Position numbers and translations under genes: made by a program
Shown here: piece by piece, positions 57,603 to 64,000 of the stretch
How positions within the stretch are numbered: position 1 is the stretch's first letter
How the letters are laid out: the number at the start of each line of letters is the position of its first letter
The notes under the pieces: model-generated
What the model saw: the letters and a program-made list of their open reading frames with translations, nothing else
The model's database searches: none
Told to the model about the DNA's origin: nothing
Assembly: GCA_951406725.2 (NCBI GenBank)
Contig: OX597819.1
Location: 19,468,001-19,532,000 of the forward strand
Direction of reading: 5' to 3'
DNA: 64,000 bases
From: Octopus vulgaris
Taxonomy: Eukaryota

Positions 57603-57834
57603 GGCGGTGAGCTGGCAGAAACGTTAGCACGCCGGGCGAAATGCTTATTAGTATTTCGTCTGTCGTTACATTCTGAGTTCAAATTCCGCCGAGGTCGACT
57701 TTGCCTTTCATCCTTTCGGGGTCGATGAATTAAGTACCAGTTTCGCACTGGGGTCAATGTAATCGACTTAATCCCTTTGTCTGTCCTTGTTTGTGCCCAT
57801 CTATGTTTAGCCCCTGGTGGGTAGTAAAGAAATA
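57603..57834 (+). mobile_element. SINE family 2, full length with imperfect target-site duplication
   Basis: GGCGGTGAGCTGGCAGAAACGTTAGC...GAGTTCAAATTCC head; TATAAATACAATTATA at 57580-57595 and 57835-57850. Confidence 0.95.
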
Positions 57835-57889
57835 TATAAATACAATTATAAATAAGGGCAAAAAGCAAAATTTGCCAACATACTGGAAG

Positions 57890-58070
57890 CACGTCAAGCA
57901 CTTAGGCACTTCGTTCGTGTTTACGTTCTGAGTTCAAATTAGCCCAAAGTAGACTTTGCCTTTCATCTCTACGGCATCGATAAAATATGTATTATGTTAG
58001 TACTGGGATCGATGTAATCGACTTATTCATCCATCGAAATTGCCGGGCTTCACCCAAGATTTGAAATCTT
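57890..58070 (+). mobile_element. SINE family 2, older copy
   Basis: TTACGTTCTGAGTTCAAATT...GACTTTGCCTTTCATC...GATCGATGTAATCGACTT. Confidence 0.8.
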
Positions 58071-58289
58071 TCTACCATATAAAATATTTTCGCTATTATT
58101 ATTTATACACGTGTCGAAATTATTCGTCACTAACGAAGGAAGAAGACGTTGGGATTAATCCTGAAATCGGGCCGATACGAGATTAACTGATTTTTTATGA
58201 ATTTCTTTGTTTTAAATGTGTGTACATATTTGTGTATGTATATATATATATATCTGTATCTGTGCGTGCGCGCACATATATATGAGTAT

Positions 58290-58578
58290 AAAGTAAGAAA
58301 AGGGAGATGAAGCAGTTAATAAAAAGCTATTATGTGCAAAAATCAAACACATTCCCTTACAGCTGTTTCAATTAAGCCTAAGCGATTAAAAAGCAATTAT
58401 TAAAACCATTAGATTAGGCACAATCTCTAGAGACGGGTAGAAAAAATATATGCCGTAAGTTTTTTTGTTTCTTATATTTTAGAATCATCATAACTGACTG
58501 CTGTAAGATAATATGTTTGATTTTTACAGATAATAATGTTTTAATTAAAGCTATATATCATCGCCATTTTCTTAGTTT
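58290..58578. repeat. Fold-back element with ~75-bp imperfect arms enclosing a decayed minus-strand hammerhead-like motif
   Basis: 58290-58365 vs 58498-58578 are reverse complements (AAAAATCAAACA/TGTTTGATTTTT, CTTACAGC/GCTGTAAG); the minus strand reads CTAGAGA...GCCTAA...TTAGGC...GAAACAGCTGTA AGGG. Confidence 0.7.
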
Positions 58579-58720
58579 CTTTTCAATGATCATAAACCAT
58601 GATTTATACATAAGCCTGTTGTTTTATGAATATTATTATTCACAATAAATATTAGGTATTGAACCAGTAATTCATTGGATGATACCATCCCTTAATGAGG
58701 CGAATTTAACATCTAATTGA

Positions 58721-58755
<35 letters not shown>

Positions 58756-59556
58756 TATACACACACAAATGCACTCACGGGCACACACACACACACAAAT
58801 ATATACATATATAAAAAAGTATGTATATGTAGATAGGCACTCATACCCAGACGAATGTTTGTGGAGAAACAGAAGAAATTGCTACTCAAAATATTAGCTA
58901 AGACATCGGTGTCTGTAATAAGTTTTGCTCGGCTTCTTGTCAGATGTCTTGTGTCGGTAATTAAATTGTTTTTGTTCACTTCAAATATTTGGGTTTTTAT
59001 GTTATCAACCACATCAGGTACTTTATTTCATGTTGGTTCACAGTTTCCAGACAAAATATTAGGGCTTACTTTACTGGCATCCGGCCGTATCTTATTGAAA
59101 TAATCAACATATTATTTCCATACTTTGTAATGTATTAGCACCAAACCCCAACAAGACATCACTCCCAAATAGTTTTGTCTCTAACAATATTTGTATATAA
59201 AAAATGAAAGGCTATTGATGTGTGTTCATGTGTATGTGCTTGTGTGTACGTGCGCTTGAACAATCTCGTACTTATTTCACTAATTTATTTCTGGTTATGC
59301 TTACGTATTGAGTGGGAATATAATTTTGTAATTTATATCGACAGTAGTGCAATTTAAATGTTTTATCTGAATAGTATTTCATACTTTAAGGATCCTCTCT
59401 TTCCCAGAGCTGCTGAATGAATGCCACACACAACAATCCTTTTATTCCATTGGTGTAACATATGAAAACAAGTATACACATGAAGTCTGACAGACAAATA
59501 TAGATACGAACACGTAAATAGACATACCTACCAACATATATACATACATACACACA

Positions 59557-59603
<47 letters not shown>

Positions 59604-59839
59604 GAGCTTATATATATATACATGCATATATATTTACATACATATATGCATATATATATATACACACACAACTATGAATACATATATATATATATATATA
59701 CATTCGTGTGTATGTATGTCTATATTTATACGTTTATATACATGTGAGTATGCATGTCTCTCTATCTCCCTCTCCCTCTCTCTCTCTCTCTGTCTCTCTC
59801 TCTCTATATATATATATTTATACACATACATATATAAAG

Positions 59840-59992
59840 GTGTTGTCATTAGGAAGGGCACGAAGCTGTAGTAACCAGGCCAAAACAGACTATGGAACCT
59901 TTTGTGGGCCCCTGGCCTCGCCAATTCATGTCAAGCCATCCAACCCATACCAGCATGGAAAATAAATATTAAAGTTGAAGATGATGATGATG
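59840..59992 (+). mobile_element. 3' tail of a fourth SINE/LINE family ending in (GAT)n
   Basis: GTCAAGCCATCCAACCCATACCAGCATGGAAAA...TTAAA...GATGATGATGATG, an RTE-type tail I recognise from cephalopod repeats; single copy here. Confidence 0.6.
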
Positions 59993-59994
59993 AA

Positions 59995-60110
59995 ATCCTC
60001 TCACAAGTATCTGGTTGGCTTAAGGTTGTAGTCGAAGACACTTGCGCAAAATGCCCCATTGGGAGACTGAACCCAACACACCTGAGAGAATTTGAACACA
60101 CATACACTCA
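59995..60110 (-). mobile_element. SINE family 1 head fragment
   Basis: AAATCCTCTCACAAG...GAAGACACTTGCGCAAAATGCC...GACTGAACCC. Confidence 0.7.
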
Positions 60111-60604
60111 CCTATGCTACCACCATCACAAACACAACTAAAACAATAGAAAGTAATAGAAATAAGTATCACGGGAAGAGCGTATGATCCTCAGCCTTAA
60201 ATATATGAAGACCGCCACCGTTAGATATCTGCGTACAGGTGCAAGTTGCTATTTGTTTTACTTCGGTTCTATTGTACCTGGATCTCCGTCGATACCTCCA
60301 ACACGTGCACCACTGATGTTATTATGAAATTTTTTAGAAAATAACTATTCCTGGAATAACGTTCTAACATATCCCCCTGATAGTCGTTTCGAATAAACAA
60401 TGTCCCATGTGTTATTGTTTTACATACGAACATATAAAAAATTCTACGTTTGATTACTTGCTCAGAGCATAAATTCAATTATATGAATAAAATCTATAAA
60501 TACATGCAGATATACACACACACACACAAACACACACTTTTGCTCACAATCAAATGTGTATATGCATATAAATACATACATTCATAAACACATACATACA
60601 TAAA

Positions 60605-60639
<35 letters not shown>

Positions 60640-60702
60640 GTTTACATATTTATATATATATACATATATATTTATATATATACATATATATATATAGATG
60701 TA

Positions 60703-60790
<88 letters not shown>

Positions 60791-61114
60791 CGTGTGTATG
60801 TATGTGTGTGTTGCATGCGGTAATGTGTAAGCTGTATGTTTCTGCGTCTTTGTGTGTGTTTTTATATATTTATCGAATACGCAAATGAATATAATAGATA
60901 TATACACCTACATGTAGATATCTATGTAAGCATAAACTTTACATATATCTTATAACTTGTTTACATCAATAAACATTTCTTTTTCCTTCTGTGTCTGCAC
61001 GTTTGCGCGTGTGTGTGTGTGTGTGTTCAATACATCATTTTTATAACATTATTTTTCACAAACCTCTAAACATACTAAAAATGCCGTCATTTATGTATGT
61101 ATATGTGTATATTT

Positions 61115-61158
<44 letters not shown>

Positions 61159-61255
61159 GTATATGTATTCGTATATATATATATATTTATTTATATATAT
61201 ATATGTGTGTGTGTATATATATATATGCATATATATATAGATTTATATCTATCTA

Positions 61256-61409
<154 letters not shown>

Positions 61410-61561
61410 TAAATCTATATGTGAAAACCCCACTAGAATGGGAGAAAGCGCTAATGATCTAAGTGATGTGATATATATATATAAAATGTAATATATAAAT
61501 AAATATCTGTAAATATAAACCACCCGATCTTCTGATTACCTCATTTCTCCAAACCTTCCAA

Positions 61562-61611
<50 letters not shown>

Positions 61612-61614
<3 letters not shown>

Positions 61615-61825
61615 CGGGAAGCTTTATGAAAATAAACAAAAGACGAAGGCAGGTGGAATACAAACAAACAATTGTATTAGTATGGCGCTCAGGAATATAA
61701 ATAAAACAAGTCTTTTATGTTTCGAGCCTACGCTCTTCAACAGAAAGATACACAGAAAAGAAACACAGAAAGACACAAGGAGAGAAAAAAATGCGTGCAG
61801 AGGCTAGCGAATCAACATGGTGATC
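61612..61825 (-). mobile_element. Penelope-like terminal fragment, family B, with minimal hammerhead motif at 61711-61748
   Basis: Minus strand TCTTT CTGTTGA A GAGC GTAG GCTC GAAACATA AAAGA; reverse complement of 50240-50420; (TA)n both sides. Confidence 0.65.
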
Positions 61826-61848
61826 TCTCTATATATATATGTATATAT

Positions 61849-61881
<33 letters not shown>

Positions 61882-62656
61882 CAAACACACATACACACAC
61901 AAGCACACACACACACTCACACATATGTGTTTATGTTTATAAATATAGAGGTGTAGCCACGGTGACAAATGGCATGATTTGTTCTGTTATTGTCACAGCA
62001 ACAGGCATGTCTTCCACATTTTAAATCCATATTCCTACGCTCGTGAACACACTTTCAATTGCTAGGTCAAAGATTCGAATTCGAGTAGTGTGTTCTGTTC
62101 TTGAGGAGAAAAATTCATTTTTCGTTGCTCGAATTCACATGCTTGTATATCAGTAAACTACGATGGGCCAGCTGTTTTTTTTCGGGGACGTGTTTTGATC
62201 TTGGTCACGTTTAAGCCATGGAAACTGTTTAAACGGCGATATAAACGGCCGTATAACTCGAACCACCAATATCCTGGGGTCACCTTAAGCCTTGCAAACC
62301 TATGCAAGAAGCTGTTTCAAATATGTGATTTGACGATAAAATTTAAATACGTATGTTAGCGTTAGATCAATTAAAGGGGTGATAATTAATATTTATTCAT
62401 TGTGGTTGTATTTCACAAGGTTAAAATGAACTTATTTCTAATGAACGATATAAATACCAGCAATCCTATTTAAAAATTTTTTTTTGTATGAATCGACCCT
62501 AAAATTTGATTTTTCAAAGCCCGATACTAATTCTATCTATTTGTATAGACAAAGCTCTAAGTTACGGGGAAGGAAACAAACGAACATACTTTGGCAACTG
62601 GTGGCACGGACATAAAGACATCCACACACGCGAGCGCGCATATACATGTATCTCTG

Positions 62657-62712
<56 letters not shown>

Positions 62713-62901
62713 CCAATTAAGGACTGAACACGAAAAGTGGACAGTCAAAATGCTAGATATAGACGTCAAATCGCCATTCTCCACAAAAAATTATGTTCTC
62801 AAATCAATGATTTGAGAACATAATCTTTTGTGGAGAATGGCAATTTGACGTCTATATCTAGCATGTTGACTGTCCACTTTTCGTGTTCAGTCCTTAATTG
62901 G
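62713..62901. repeat. Near-perfect palindrome, 94-bp arms, 1-nt loop at 62807, TA-flanked
   Basis: CCAATTAAGGACTGAACACG...AAATCA A TGATTT...CGTGTTCAGTCCTTAATTGG; 3 mismatches counted. Confidence 0.97.
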
Positions 62902-63022
62902 CATATATAAATATTTTAATATTCGGATTCTTTTTTAATATGCTAGACCACTGGTTTTAATTGATAAATATCAATTTCTACCCTTAATTAATTTTATATA
63001 TGTATATATATATATATATATG

Positions 63023-63115
<93 letters not shown>

Positions 63116-63232
63116 GCGTATGTGTATATTTTGGAACAAACAGTAAGTTGTCATTGCAGTATCCAGAGTTATACATATATAAATAATCCCCTATTTACCT
63201 AATATAGAGGTCTCTCATTTGTTTTCACCTAC

Positions 63233-63269
<37 letters not shown>

Positions 63270-63272
<3 letters not shown>

Positions 63273-63673
63273 TAGTTTTAGTTTTATATCGTACTTTCAC
63301 TTCACTACCGAGCGCAGCTCTGTGTGCCTTGGGTATGCTCTGTGATTTGTTGTGATGCTCTGATGTTTATTGTATGGAAAGTGTTCTGCGTAGGATGTGT
63401 GCAGTGCCTAGTAGTGCAATTTTCTGTATGTTATATGTGTTTGTAAGTCCTGGTGTTTTTGTTATGTATTTGTCTGAATATTTTTTTATCATGCCTAATT
63501 CACCTACTATGACAAGGATTGCTTCTGCTTTTAGATTCCACATTCGGGTTACCTCTATTTCCATGTCTTTGTATTTTGAAAGTTTCTCCATTTCTTTTAG
63601 AGAAACGTTGTCATCTGCTGGTATTGATACATCAATTAGAAAGCATTTTTTTCTTCCTGATCTCTGACAACTA
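63270..63673 (-). mobile_element. Short 3' copy of the same R4/Dong-like LINE as 17550-19490
   Basis: Highly similar to 17550-17953 (EKLSKYKDMEIEVTRMW...GTAHILRRTLSIQ); (TTA)n on both sides. Confidence 0.96.
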
Positions 63674-63681
63674 TTATTATA

Positions 63682-63757
<76 letters not shown>

Positions 63758-63790
63758 TTATTATCATTATTATTATTATCATTATTTTTA

Positions 63791-63877
<87 letters not shown>

Positions 63878-64000
63878 TTATTATTATACAGAGAAAAAAG
63901 GAGTTTTAAATCTCTGAGCGAGTGATATGCTGTAACTATACTGAATAGTAAATTTTATTTGCCGACAGAATGTGTTAGTCCTGTACAAAGACTGTACAAT

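Overview
AT-rich eukaryotic non-coding DNA (intergenic or deep intronic), densely packed with microsatellites. The SINE families and repeat landscape look like an Octopus/cephalopod genome (inference from recognition, not a search). I can support no host protein-coding exon, RNA gene or CRISPR array; most ORFs in the track are translations of (TA)n, (ATGT)n, (TCTA)n, (CA)n or (TTA)n. Recognisable content: a decayed Tc1 DD34E transposase, several R4/Dong-clade RLE LINE copies sitting in (TAA)n tracts, CR1-like LINE fragments, four SINE families and Penelope-like fragments. The most unusual signal is a set of short inserts inside (TA)n tracts that are fold-back palindromes and/or carry type I hammerhead-ribozyme motifs. 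These include a palindrome at 44240-44337 encoding a hammerhead on each strand, two multi-copy minimal hammerhead families with non-canonical cores, and a 1.3-kb near-perfect palindrome centred on (TA)n. A patchwork duplication at 51.6-54.5 kb may be an assembly consensus chimera. All alignments and folds were done by eye.
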